A stretch of DNA of 64,000 nt from an uncultured Solirubrobacteraceae bacterium (lineage in GTDB: Bacteria > Actinomycetota > Thermoleophilia > Solirubrobacterales > Solirubrobacteraceae). The DNA is taken from the NCBI GenBank assembly GCA_963803565.1, contig CAWDNA010000002.1, forward strand, positions 14,247-78,246. The letters are read 5' to 3'. The notes beneath the pieces are model-generated. The model was not told where the DNA came from. It ran no database searches and saw nothing but the letters and a program-made list of their open reading frames with translations. Position numbers and translations under genes: made by a program. Position 1 is the stretch's first letter. The number at the start of each line of letters is the position of its first letter. Shown here in pieces: positions 37,465 to 47,032 of the stretch.

Positions 37465-38229
37465 GTGCTGAGCAGCTTCAGAGCGCGCACAGCGCGGTGT
37501 GCGCCGGTGGGCGTGGGCGCGGGTCTCCTCGCCGCGCTCGCGGCGATGCTGGCCGGCGCCGGGCTCGCCGGCGCCGGGGCCGAAGCGGCGGCTGTGGTCA
37601 CGCGGCTCTCCGATCAGCGCACGCTCTCGCGCTGGGCCTATCCGATGAGCGAAGCGGTGGCTCGCGCCACGGCGTCCGCCGACGCCCGGCCGGTCGGGCG
37701 GTTGCGCTTCCTCACCGGCGATGACCAGGCCCAGCTTTACCTCGCCCTCGCCTCGGCAAGCCTCGCCTCCGGCGCGACGTGGGTCCAGGTCGAGCTCCCG
37801 GGCCGGCCCAACGGGCAGACCGGCTGGGTGCCGCGAGCGGCCCTCGGCTCGCTGCACGTCGTGCGCGGATACCTGAGGATCGACCGCGGGAGCCTGCGCG
37901 CGACGCTGTTCCGCGATGGCCGGGCCGCGCTCAGCTTCCCGATCGGTGTCGGCAAGCCGAGCACCATCACCCCGCCCGGGCACTTCTACGTGACCGAGAA
38001 GCTGATAACGCTGAACGACCCGGCCTACGGGCCCTACGCGGTCGGGACCAGCGCGTACGCGCCCACGCTGAGCGAATGGCCCGGAGGCGGCGTGGTCGGC
38101 ATCCATGGCACCAACGAACCGCAGCTGATTCCCGGTCGACCATCGCACGGGTGCATCCGCATGCGCAACGCGGACATAGCCAGCCTGTGGAGGGTGATCG
38201 CGCTTGGCACGCCGATCGACATCGTCTAG
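37465..38229 (+). CDS. L,D-transpeptidase (YkuD domain)
   Basis: Signal peptide; GVGKPSTITPPG, GIHGTN..SHGCIRM. Confidence 0.92.
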   Translation: MLSSFRARTARCAPVGVGAGLLAALAAMLAGAGLAGAGAEAAAVVTRLSDQRTLSRWAYPMSEAVARATASADARPVGRLRFLTGDDQAQLYLALASASLASGATWVQVELPGRPNGQTGWVPRAALGSLHVVRGYLRIDRGSLRATLFRDGRAALSFPIGVGKPSTITPPGHFYVTEKLITLNDPAYGPYAVGTSAYAPTLSEWPGGGVVGIHGTNEPQLIPGRPSHGCIRMRNADIASLWRVIALGTPIDIV

Positions 38230-38277
38230 GTCCGACCTCCCCGGCGCGCATTCTTCAGTAGGCTGCCTCCCAGCGCC

Positions 38278-39432
38278 ATGGACCTGACGTTCAGCGACAA
38301 GGAGACGGCCTTCCGCGACGAGCTGCGCAGCTGGCTTGCCGAGAACCCGCCCGAGGCGAAACCGCCGGACGGTGCAGGCGAGGAGGCGCAGTTCGCCTGG
38401 AGGCGCGATTGGCAGCGGCGCCTCTATGACGCCGGTTGGGCGGCCCCGGCCTGGCCGACGGAGTACGGAGGCCGCGGCGCGACGCAGAGCGAGTCGGCGA
38501 TCTACTTCGAAGAGCTCGGCCGGGCGCGGGTGCCCTTCGCGGCCAACACGCTCGGCCTGCTGCTCGGCGGCCCGACGCTGATGGTGTGGGGCACACCCGA
38601 GCAGAAGGAGCGCTACCTGGCGCCGATCCTCTCGGCCGAGGAGATCTGGTGTCAGGGCTTCTCCGAGCCCGACGCCGGCTCGGATCTCGCCGCGCTGAAG
38701 ACGCGCGCGGTCAAGGACGGCGACGAATGGGTGGTCACCGGCCAGAAGGTGTGGACGAGCGGAGCCCAGTACGCCAAGTGGTGCATGCTCGTCGCGCGCA
38801 CCGACTCCGACGTCGCCAAGCACAAGGGCCTGACCTACTTCCTGATGGACATGAAGCAGGACGCCGTGCAGGTCCGCCCACTGCGCCAGATAACCGGCGA
38901 GGCGGAGTTCAACGAGCTGTTCATCGAGGAGGCCAGGATCCCCGACGCGAACGTGGTGGGCGGCGTCGGCAACGGCTGGAAGGTGGCGCTGACGACGCTC
39001 ATGAACGAGCGCGCCGGGCTCGGCTTCGCCCTGCAGATCCGCCTGCGCCAGCTGCTCGACGACGTGATCGTCAGGGCCGCCGAGCGCGGCCTGCTCGATA
39101 ACCCCCTGTATGCGGACGCGATCGCCGAGCTGCACATGCGCTGCGAGTCGATCCGCCTGCTGGCCTGGAAGGGTCTGACCGACGCCGAGCGCTACGGCCA
39201 GCCGGGTCCTGAGGGGTCGCTGGTCAAGTGGCTGTGGTCGGACACCAACCAGCGCCTCACCCAGCTGGCCGTGGACATCGTGGGCCCCGAGGCGCTGAGG
39301 GCCGGCACGAGCTGGAGCTACGAGTTGATGCGCGCACGCGGCAACACGATCGAGGGTGGCACCACCGAGGTGCTCAAGAACATCGTCGCCGAGCGCGTGC
39401 TCGGGCTGCCGCGCCTGAAGGTGGCCGCGTAG
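38278..39432 (+). CDS. Acyl-CoA dehydrogenase (large subunit of a two-gene pair)
   Basis: WCQGFSEPDAGSDLA, GQKVWTS, FNE, TIEGGTTEV. Confidence 0.94.
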   Translation: MDLTFSDKETAFRDELRSWLAENPPEAKPPDGAGEEAQFAWRRDWQRRLYDAGWAAPAWPTEYGGRGATQSESAIYFEELGRARVPFAANTLGLLLGGPTLMVWGTPEQKERYLAPILSAEEIWCQGFSEPDAGSDLAALKTRAVKDGDEWVVTGQKVWTSGAQYAKWCMLVARTDSDVAKHKGLTYFLMDMKQDAVQVRPLRQITGEAEFNELFIEEARIPDANVVGGVGNGWKVALTTLMNERAGLGFALQIRLRQLLDDVIVRAAERGLLDNPLYADAIAELHMRCESIRLLAWKGLTDAERYGQPGPEGSLVKWLWSDTNQRLTQLAVDIVGPEALRAGTSWSYELMRARGNTIEGGTTEVLKNIVAERVLGLPRLKVAA

Positions 39433-39492
39433 ATGAGAGCCTTCGATGAGCTCCGCTGCTGCCGCGGCTCCGCCGGAGGGGTGGCGTAGTCG

Positions 39493-40521
39493 ATGGACTT
39501 CGGCCTGACAGACGACCAGCGCGACATCCAGCGCACCGCCCGCGAGCTGCTGGCGGAGCGGGCGCGGCTCGAGCGCGTGCGCGAGCACGCTGAGGCCGGC
39601 CGCCTCGACGAGGCGCTGTGGAACGAGCTGTGCGAGCTGGGCTGGCCCGGGATCGCGATCGCCGAGGAGCACGGCGGCCAGGGCCTCGGCTGCATCGAGC
39701 TGTCGGTCCTGTGCGAGGAGCTCGGACGCTCCCTCGCCCCAGTGCCGTTCCTGCCGAGCGTGCTGGCCGCGACCCTGATCGAGCACGCCGGCTCCCCGGA
39801 GCAGCGCGAACGCTGGCTGCCGGGTCTCGCTGGCGGCGAGATCACCGGTGCGCTCGGCGTGGCCGCGGACGGGACGGCCGAGCTGGTCGGCTGTGCGGCG
39901 CAGGCGGCGGTGATCGTGCTCGTCGACGAGGACGGCAACGGGCGTGTGCTGAGCGCCGAGGAGGCCGATGTCAGTCCGGACGCATCGATCGACCCGACCC
40001 GCCCGGCGGCGCGCGTGAGCGCGCCGGATGACGCCGGTGAGCCGCTCCCCGGAGACGTGGCGGCCGCCGTCGACCGCGCGCTCGTCGCGGTCAGCTCGGA
40101 GCTCGTAGGCGTATGCGATCGGACGCTCGAGATGACCGTCGCCTACGTCAAGGATCGCAAGCAGTTCGGCGTGCCGGTGGGCGCCTACCAGGCCGTCTCG
40201 CACCGCTGCGCGCAGATGCTGCTCGAAACCGAGAAGGCCCGCTCGACGGCTGCGTCAGCCGCCTGGAGCGCCGACGCGCACCCGGCGGGACTGGCCGAGG
40301 CCGCGGCGATGGCCAAGGCGCTGGCCTCCGATGCCGGCCGCGAGGTGACGGCCAGCGCGATCCAGGCTCACGGCGGGATCGGCTTCACCTGGGAGGCCGA
40401 CGTCCACTGGTTCTACAAGCGCGCCCAGCTCGACGCGGCGCTCCTGGGCGGCGCAAAGCATCACCGCGCTCGCCTCGCCGCGATCCTCGCGGACCAGGTC
40501 GGTGCCTCGGCGACCGCCTGA
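39493..40521 (+). CDS. Acyl-CoA dehydrogenase (short partner subunit)
   Basis: RKQFGVPVGAYQAVSH, QAHGGIGFTWE. Confidence 0.93.
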   Translation: MDFGLTDDQRDIQRTARELLAERARLERVREHAEAGRLDEALWNELCELGWPGIAIAEEHGGQGLGCIELSVLCEELGRSLAPVPFLPSVLAATLIEHAGSPEQRERWLPGLAGGEITGALGVAADGTAELVGCAAQAAVIVLVDEDGNGRVLSAEEADVSPDASIDPTRPAARVSAPDDAGEPLPGDVAAAVDRALVAVSSELVGVCDRTLEMTVAYVKDRKQFGVPVGAYQAVSHRCAQMLLETEKARSTAASAAWSADAHPAGLAEAAAMAKALASDAGREVTASAIQAHGGIGFTWEADVHWFYKRAQLDAALLGGAKHHRARLAAILADQVGASATA

Positions 40522-40612
40522 GGTTTTCGGGGGTGGGCCGCCTCGCCGAGACTCACCCCGCGGCCGAGACGGGACGCCGTGAGCCGGCCTAACGTCTACG
40601 AGGAGAGGGTTC

Positions 40613-42142
40613 GTGATCGCACCGGCGCCCCGCGGGCGCAATCCATTCGATGAGCACGGAGTCGAGCGAGATGCGAACGGCGTCGCGCGCTTCCTGGAGC
40701 GTCCGCCGTCGCTCGTGCACCTGCTGCGCGCGAGCGTCGATCGTGACGCGCAGGCGACCGCCCTCGTCGAGATGGGTGGCCCGTCGGTCAGCTATGGCGA
40801 GCTGTGGGAGCGGGCCGGCCGGGTGGCGGGAGGCCTGCGTCGCGACGGCGTGCGGCGCGGTGATCGCGTGGCCATCCGCATGCCCAACGGGATCGACTGG
40901 GTGCTCGCATTCTTCGGCGCCCAGATGCTCGGAGCGGTGGTCGTTCCCGTCAACACCCGCTTCACCGAGGAGGAGGTGGCCTATGTGGTCGAGGACTCCG
41001 GAGCGGCCTTCACGTTCGTCCCCGGCTCGGCCCTGCCCGACGGGGACGCGGCGGTCCTCGACGATCTCGCGCCGGATGATCTGGCGGCGATCTTCTACAC
41101 CAGCGGTACGACCGGCTTCCCCAAGGGGGCGATGACCTCCCATGGGAACTTCACGACCAACAGCGAGAACGCCTTCAGGTGCCTGTTCACCGACCGCGCC
41201 GAGGGTCCCGGCATCGCCACCCTCGTCTCGGTGCCCCTGTTCCACGTCACCGGCTGCAACAGCCAGCTGATCCCGACCCTCGAGCTGGGCGGCCGGGTCG
41301 AGATCCTCTCGGGCCCGCTCGATTTCGACGGCTTCTTCACCGCGATCGGCTCGCACGGCGTCAACCACCTCGTCTCGGTGCCGGCGATCTACCACGCGCT
41401 GATCGCGCACCCGCAATTCTCCGCGCTCGATGTGAGCAGCGTCAGATGGGTCGCCTACGGCGGCGCCCCGATCGCCACCAGCCTCGTGCGCAGCATCGCG
41501 GAGGCCTTCCCGAACGCGCGCGTCGGCAACGGCTTCGGCTTGACAGAGACCTCCTCGCTGACCTCGTTCCTGCCGCACGAGGAGGCCGCCGAGCACGCCG
41601 ACTCCGTCGGTTTTGCGATGCCCGTTGTCGACGTGGCAGTGGACGGGCCCGACCCGGAGACCGGTGTCGGCGAGCTGCTCGTCCGCGGACCGAACGTGGT
41701 GCAGGGCTACTGGAACAAGCCCGCGGCCAGCGCGGAGACGTTCGTGGACGGCTGGCTGCACACCGGCGACGTGGCGCGCATCGACGAGGATGGCCTGCTC
41801 TACATCGTCGATCGCATGAAGGACATGATCAACCGCGGCGGGGAGAACGTGTACTCGATCGAGGTGGAAAACGTTCTCGCCGGAGCGCCCGGCGTCGGCG
41901 AGGCCGCCGTGGTGGCGGTTCCCGACGAGATGATGGGCGAGAAGGTCGGCGCCGTGATCGTGCCGGCGGCAGGGCGCAAGCTGGACGTCGAGGCCGTTCT
42001 GCAGTACTGCCGTGCCCACCTCGCAGACTTCAAGGTTCCCCAGTACATCGCCACCAGCGATGATCCGCTGCCGCGCAATCCCGGCGGGAAGCTGCTCAAG
42101 AGGCAGCTGCGCGAGACGCAGTGGGGGAAGCCGCTTCGCTGA
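40613..42142 (+). CDS. Long-chain acyl-CoA ligase (FadD-like)
   Basis: YTSGTTGFPKG, GFGLTE, WLHTGD, RNPGGK. Confidence 0.94.
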   Translation: MIAPAPRGRNPFDEHGVERDANGVARFLERPPSLVHLLRASVDRDAQATALVEMGGPSVSYGELWERAGRVAGGLRRDGVRRGDRVAIRMPNGIDWVLAFFGAQMLGAVVVPVNTRFTEEEVAYVVEDSGAAFTFVPGSALPDGDAAVLDDLAPDDLAAIFYTSGTTGFPKGAMTSHGNFTTNSENAFRCLFTDRAEGPGIATLVSVPLFHVTGCNSQLIPTLELGGRVEILSGPLDFDGFFTAIGSHGVNHLVSVPAIYHALIAHPQFSALDVSSVRWVAYGGAPIATSLVRSIAEAFPNARVGNGFGLTETSSLTSFLPHEEAAEHADSVGFAMPVVDVAVDGPDPETGVGELLVRGPNVVQGYWNKPAASAETFVDGWLHTGDVARIDEDGLLYIVDRMKDMINRGGENVYSIEVENVLAGAPGVGEAAVVAVPDEMMGEKVGAVIVPAAGRKLDVEAVLQYCRAHLADFKVPQYIATSDDPLPRNPGGKLLKRQLRETQWGKPLR

Positions 42143-42165
42143 GCCAATCCGACGAGAGGAGCCCG

Positions 42166-43124
42166 ATGCCGAGCGTAGAGACCGTTCAGGGAGCCGTTGA
42201 CGCGGAGGAGCTCGGGCTCGTCCTGGTCCACGAGCACGTCCGCTTTCGCGACGAGGCGGTCGCGGCCGAGTGGCCGAGCCGCTACGACGAGCAGTTGGAG
42301 CTCGACGCGGCGCTGGTGGCGGTGAACGCCGCCAAGGCCAGGGCGTGCAGACGATCGTCGACCCGACGGCGATGTTCGGGGGCCGCGACGTGCGCTTCAT
42401 GAAGCGCGTCGCGGACGAGAGCGGGGTGCGGATCGTCGCGTGCACGGGCATCTACAGCTACGACTACCTCCCCCACTACTTCGAGAACCGCGACGTAGAC
42501 GTGATGGCCGACCACTTCGTCGAGGACATCGAGCGCGGAGTTCAGGGGACGGAGATCAAGGCGGCGTTCCTGAAGTGCGCGGCGGACGCGGCCGGCGTGA
42601 CCGAGCACGTCGAGAAGATCCACCGAGCGGTGGCGCGGGCAAGCGTGCAGACGGGCGTGCCGATCATGGCGCACTCGATGCCGGCGGCAGCGACAGGCCC
42701 GCGACAGGTCGAGATCTTCAAGGAGGAGGGCGTCGAGATGTCCCGCGTGCAGATCGCCCACTGCGGCGACACCGACGACCTCGAGTACATCGAGGGGCTG
42801 ATCGACAGCGGCGTCTACGTGGGCCTCGACCGCTACGGCCTGGAGATGTACCTGCCGATCGACAAGCGCAACGCGACCGCCGCCGAGCTGCTGCGACGCG
42901 GTCACGCCGAGCGGTTGATGATCTCCCAGGACTTCTGCGCCACGATCGACTGGTTTCCGCCGGAGGCCGCCGAGGTGTTCGAAAGCAGCGGCGCGATCCG
43001 CAACTGGTCGATGACGCTGGTCTTCGAGGAGGTCGTGCCCGCGCTGCGCGAGCAGGGCGTGCTCGACGACGACACCTTCGAGACCATCTTCGTGCAGAAC
43101 CCGCGGCGCTGGCTCACCGCCTGA
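42166..43124 (+). pseudogene. Phosphotriesterase-like lactonase with a one-base frameshift near 42341-42343
   Basis: N-part with HEH in one frame; GVQTIVD..FLKC..AHS..AHCGD..SQD in another; one extra G restores KARGVQTIVD. Confidence 0.85.
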
Positions 43125-43137
43125 GCTGGCGGCGGCA

Positions 43138-43839
43138 TCACCCCGGCGCTCGGCCGGGGGCGGTCAGGAGCTCCGGCCCCTCCTCGATCCCGGCCTTGTT
43201 GACCGCCGGATTGGCAGCGCGGGCGGAGGTCCGCTCGGTGGGCAGCGCCCCGCACACGGCGAGCGCGTCCTCGGCGCCGAGCGCCGGGTCGAGCCAGGCC
43301 CGCTGGGCGTCCGGATCGGCGAGGATCACGGGCATCCGGTCGTGGATCGGGGCGACGATGCGGTTGGGCGCCGAGTCGCAGGTGAGCATCGTGATGCTCT
43401 GCACCCAGCGGCCTTCGATCTTGGCGGGTGTCCAGAGCGCGGCGAAGGCGAACGGCGCGCCTGCGTCGACCTGGAAGAAGAACGGCTGGCGCGGCTCGCC
43501 TCGCTTCTCGGGCTTCAGCCACTCGAAGTAGCCGTCGGCGATCTGCAGCGCGCGGCGCGATGCCTTGGGGATCAGGCCGCGATAGGCCGGCGTCGAGGCC
43601 ACGCTCTCGATCCTCGCGTTGATCATCCTGGCAGAGCCCTTCAGGTCCCTCGCCCACGGCGGTATCAGCCCCCAGCGCAGCAGGCGCGCCTCGGGCTTGC
43701 CCTTCGGCGCGACGATCGCCAGCACCTCTTCGGTGGGCGCGATGTTGAAGCGCCGCGTTCCCGCCGCGCTCGGGATCGGGACCCTGAAGCGATCGTTCAG
43801 TTCTTCGGGGCCGGCGGTGTTCGTGTAGCGCCCGCACAC
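43138..43839 (-). CDS. SRAP/YedK abasic-site crosslinking protein
   Basis: (M)CGRY N-terminus, RFNIAPT, INARIE, GYFEW, IHDRMPVIL. Confidence 0.93.
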   Translation of the reverse strand: MCGRYTNTAGPEELNDRFRVPIPSAAGTRRFNIAPTEEVLAIVAPKGKPEARLLRWGLIPPWARDLKGSARMINARIESVASTPAYRGLIPKASRRALQIADGYFEWLKPEKRGEPRQPFFFQVDAGAPFAFAALWTPAKIEGRWVQSITMLTCDSAPNRIVAPIHDRMPVILADPDAQRAWLDPALGAEDALAVCGALPTERTSARAANPAVNKAGIEEGPELLTAPGRAPG

Positions 43840-44405
43840 GCCTGCGAGGATATGCGCCAGCGGGCTGCGTCGATGCGGTAGAGGACATGGGCCCGGAGCG
43901 GATGACCCTCGGGCAGCAGGGGATGTTCGAAGTCCTCGCCGGGGTCGCGGCGCATCTGCAGGCGCTCCATCACGCGGCGCGAGCGCAGGTTGCTCGCTGC
44001 CGTGTAGGAGACGAGCGAAGGGAGCTCGAGCTCCTCGAAGGCGCATCGCATCGTGGCGCGGGCTGCCTCGCTGGCCAGGCCTCTTCCCCAGAACTGCGGC
44101 GCCAGGCGCCAGCCGAGCTCGACGGCGGGCGCGAATGCGATCTCGAGCTCGACCGGCGCGAGGCCGACGAAGCCGATCAGCGCGGCCTCGCCGGGGACCT
44201 CCGCCGCCCACAGTCCGTAGCCGCGATCCTCGAAGCAGAGCTCGATGCGCTCGAGCAGGGCCGCGCTCTCGACGCTCGAGAGAGGCGCGGGAAAGTACTC
44301 CATGACGCGGGGGTCGGCGTTGATCGCGGCGAACGGCGAGAGGTCGGCCGGGCGCCAGCGCCGCAGCAGCAGCCGCTCGGTCTTCAGCTCCAGCCCGCCG
44401 TTCAC
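43797..44405 (-). CDS. GNAT acetyltransferase (RimJ/RimL-like)
   Basis: TERLLLRRW, ELGWRL..WGRGLASEAA, NLRSRRVMERL. Confidence 0.92.
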   Translation of the reverse strand: MNGGLELKTERLLLRRWRPADLSPFAAINADPRVMEYFPAPLSSVESAALLERIELCFEDRGYGLWAAEVPGEAALIGFVGLAPVELEIAFAPAVELGWRLAPQFWGRGLASEAARATMRCAFEELELPSLVSYTAASNLRSRRVMERLQMRRDPGEDFEHPLLPEGHPLRAHVLYRIDAARWRISSQACAGATRTPPAPKN

Positions 44406-44454
44406 GGCGCAATCGTAGGCCGCGCGCCCCTGCCGGGCGCGACGGCCGCGCCGG

Positions 44455-45687
44455 TCAGGGCCTCAGGCGGACGGGCAGCGTCTTGAGCTGATTGAGGAAC
44501 ATCGATTCGACGACCATCGGCGAGCCGGCGAGCTCCATCTCGGGGAAGCGCTTGAGCGTCTCCTCGAGCATGATCTTCAGCTCCAGGCGGGCGAGCGCCG
44601 TACCGAGGCAGAAGTGCCGCCCGCCGGCGCCGAACGCCTGGTGCTCGGGGTTGCGCCGCGCGTCGAAGTGATTGGGGTCCTCATAGAGGCTCTCATCGCG
44701 GTTTGAGGACACGTACCACATGACGACCTTCTCCCCCTCGCGGATGGTCTGTCCGTGGAGCTCGGTGTCACACGTGGCGGTGCGGCGAAAATGGGCGAAT
44801 GCGGGAAACATCCGCAGCGACTCCTCGACGGCACCGGGGATCAGGGAGGGATCATCGACCAGCAGCCGCATCTGCTCGCGGTCTTCCATCAGCGCGCGCA
44901 TGCTGCTGCAGTAGGTGGCCTTCGTGCTGTCGTTGCCGGCGGCCATCAGCAGGAAGAACCCCATCACGATCTCATGCTCTTCGAGCTTCTGCCCGTCGAC
45001 TTCGGCGTGGACGAGCACGCTCGTCAGGTCATCGGTCGGATTCTCCTGGCGCTCGGCGATCAGCCGCCGGCAGCGCGCGAAGATCTCCGGGATGTCTTTC
45101 TCCATGATCCCGTCGACGCCGCCGGGGGCGAGATCGACGTCGCCCGCGGCGAGCGATGAGTTCATCAGCCTCGCCCAGATCTCGTCGTCCTCCGCGGGGA
45201 TGCCCATGAAGCTCCCGATCACCCGCGCGACGATCGGCTGGGCGACCTCGGTCACGAGATCACGCTCCTCGCCCCCGCTCAGCCGATCGAGGACCCTTGC
45301 GGCTATCTGCCTGATCGCGTCCTCGTGAGCGGCGATCCGCTTCGGCGTGAAGCCCGCTTGAAACAGCGCCTTCAGGCGATCGTGCTTGGGCGGGTCCATG
45401 CCGATGAACATCGCCCTGGCCAGCTCGATCGGAAAGCCGCCGGAGGCCGCGACCACGCCTCCGAGTTCCGAGGAGTAGGTCGCCCAGTCGCGGCTCACCG
45501 TGTGGATGTCCTCGGGGGTCGTGACCGACCAGAAGCCGGCCTCCTCGGGAAAGTCTTCAAAGCCGGCCGTCCAGTGCACCGGGCAGTGGCGGCGCAGCTC
45601 CGCAAACAGCTCGTGCGGCGGCCCCTTGAGCCACAGCTCACGCTCGGTGACGAGGACAGTCTCGAGATCGCGTCCGGCTGTTGCCAT
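44455..45687 (-). CDS. Cytochrome P450 (CYP124/125/126-like)
   Basis: MDPPKH, AAGNDST, EESLR, FGAGGRHFCLG. Confidence 0.95.
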   Translation of the reverse strand: MATAGRDLETVLVTERELWLKGPPHELFAELRRHCPVHWTAGFEDFPEEAGFWSVTTPEDIHTVSRDWATYSSELGGVVAASGGFPIELARAMFIGMDPPKHDRLKALFQAGFTPKRIAAHEDAIRQIAARVLDRLSGGEERDLVTEVAQPIVARVIGSFMGIPAEDDEIWARLMNSSLAAGDVDLAPGGVDGIMEKDIPEIFARCRRLIAERQENPTDDLTSVLVHAEVDGQKLEEHEIVMGFFLLMAAGNDSTKATYCSSMRALMEDREQMRLLVDDPSLIPGAVEESLRMFPAFAHFRRTATCDTELHGQTIREGEKVVMWYVSSNRDESLYEDPNHFDARRNPEHQAFGAGGRHFCLGTALARLELKIMLEETLKRFPEMELAGSPMVVESMFLNQLKTLPVRLRP

Positions 45688-45730
45688 TGTCTGACTCCCT
45701 GGTTCGTCCGCGCAGGATTGCCGTTCGATG

Positions 45731-45752
45731 ATACTGGCTGGCCAGCCAGTAT
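45731..45752. promoter_or_regulatory. Perfect 22-bp palindrome upstream of the P450 (candidate repressor operator)
   Basis: ATACTGGCTGGCCAGCCAGTAT overlapping a CATACT -10-like hexamer on the minus strand. Confidence 0.7.
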
Positions 45753-45774
45753 GGCGCGCTCCGGGCGCTCGCGC

Positions 45775-46878
45775 TCAGCCTGCGCGTGCCAGGCCGCGCC
45801 CGGCGAAGACGAGCATGCTCGCCAGGTGCGCTTCGACGGTTTCGAGGCTGTGTTCGCCGGGGTAGATCGCGCCCTTGGCGTCCGCCCCCGCGGCTCGCAG
45901 TGCGGCCGCGAACGGTGGATCCTCGGCCGGATTGGCGATGTGGTCCTGTTCGGCGCCGTAGACGAAGGCACGCAGCCCGAGCGTCGAGAAGATCGGACGG
46001 TCTGCTCGCAGCTGGCCTTCCAGCCCGTTGAAGAACCCGATCCAGCTCTCGACCACGCCGAAGCGGTAGGGGTTGCCGAGCGCGAGGTTCATCGCCCCGT
46101 AGCCGCCCATCGAGTCCCCGGCGATGGCGCGCGCGCTCCGCTCGGGCAGCGTGGGCAGCATCCGGTCGATCAGTTCCTGCACTTCGAGGACGTAGCTCTC
46201 GTAGTGCAGGCCGGCGACGTTGCGCCAGTTGTTCGCTCCGCGTCCGCCCTGGATCATCACGGCGATCAGCGGCGGTATCGCACGCTGGGCGATCAGACGA
46301 TCGAGCTCGCCCTGAAGGCCGATCTGCAGGAACGCGGTGGCCGACTGGTCGTTGCCGTGCAGCAGGTAGAGAACCGGGTAGCGGCGGGTGGTGCTGGCGT
46401 AGCCGGGAGGCAGGTAGACGAGGAACGATCCGCTTGCGTGCAGCGCGCCCGAGTGATAGCTGGCGGCGTCGATCGAGCTGCCGGCGGCGTCCTGGCTGAC
46501 CGATGTGAGGGTGGGCAGCGGTGCCGGTGCCGGCGCCGGCCGGAGCACCTCCGCAGCAGCGCTCCCCTGCGCCAGGCCCGCGCGGATCCCGACCAGCCGC
46601 TCCAGTCCGAGCGGCCCGTTTACCGCCATCGCCACGCAGATCGAAGCGAGTCCGCTGAGCAGCGCGCCGATGCCGAGCCGGCGCCTGATCGCCCGCTCGG
46701 ACTGCCACCGCGCGGACGCGGCGGAAGCCTCGGCGAGCGGCTCGAGGCGAGGCGGGAACGCGGGCACCCACGCCGGCGGCAGGAAGTCCGCGCTGGCCGC
46801 CCGCTGGCCGGGCCAGCTCCAGTCACCGAGGCTCTCGAGCCACAGCTGGGTGCGCGACGCTTTTCCGCTGACAGACAT
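45775..46878 (-). CDS. Membrane-anchored esterase (antigen-85/XynC-like fold)
   Basis: VYLPPGY, YPVLYLLHG, GDSMGG, PGEH. Confidence 0.87.
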   Translation of the reverse strand: MSVSGKASRTQLWLESLGDWSWPGQRAASADFLPPAWVPAFPPRLEPLAEASAASARWQSERAIRRRLGIGALLSGLASICVAMAVNGPLGLERLVGIRAGLAQGSAAAEVLRPAPAPAPLPTLTSVSQDAAGSSIDAASYHSGALHASGSFLVYLPPGYASTTRRYPVLYLLHGNDQSATAFLQIGLQGELDRLIAQRAIPPLIAVMIQGGRGANNWRNVAGLHYESYVLEVQELIDRMLPTLPERSARAIAGDSMGGYGAMNLALGNPYRFGVVESWIGFFNGLEGQLRADRPIFSTLGLRAFVYGAEQDHIANPAEDPPFAAALRAAGADAKGAIYPGEHSLETVEAHLASMLVFAGRGLARAG

Positions 46879-47032
46879 CCAGGAGATTCAACGGAGCGCC
46901 GCAGCGAAAACCAACCTCTGCATGAACCTGCCCACGTGGCGGCTGGATCGCCGCGGCCACGGCCGGCGCCTGGCGAGGGCGCGAGCCGTGACCGCGGTGG
47001 CCGCGCCGGCCGTTGCCGACCAGCCCGGTCGG

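Noticed and set aside
37453-40203. 916-aa minus-strand ORF
   Set aside because: Antisense shadow of the LDT and ACAD genes; typical of high-GC DNA
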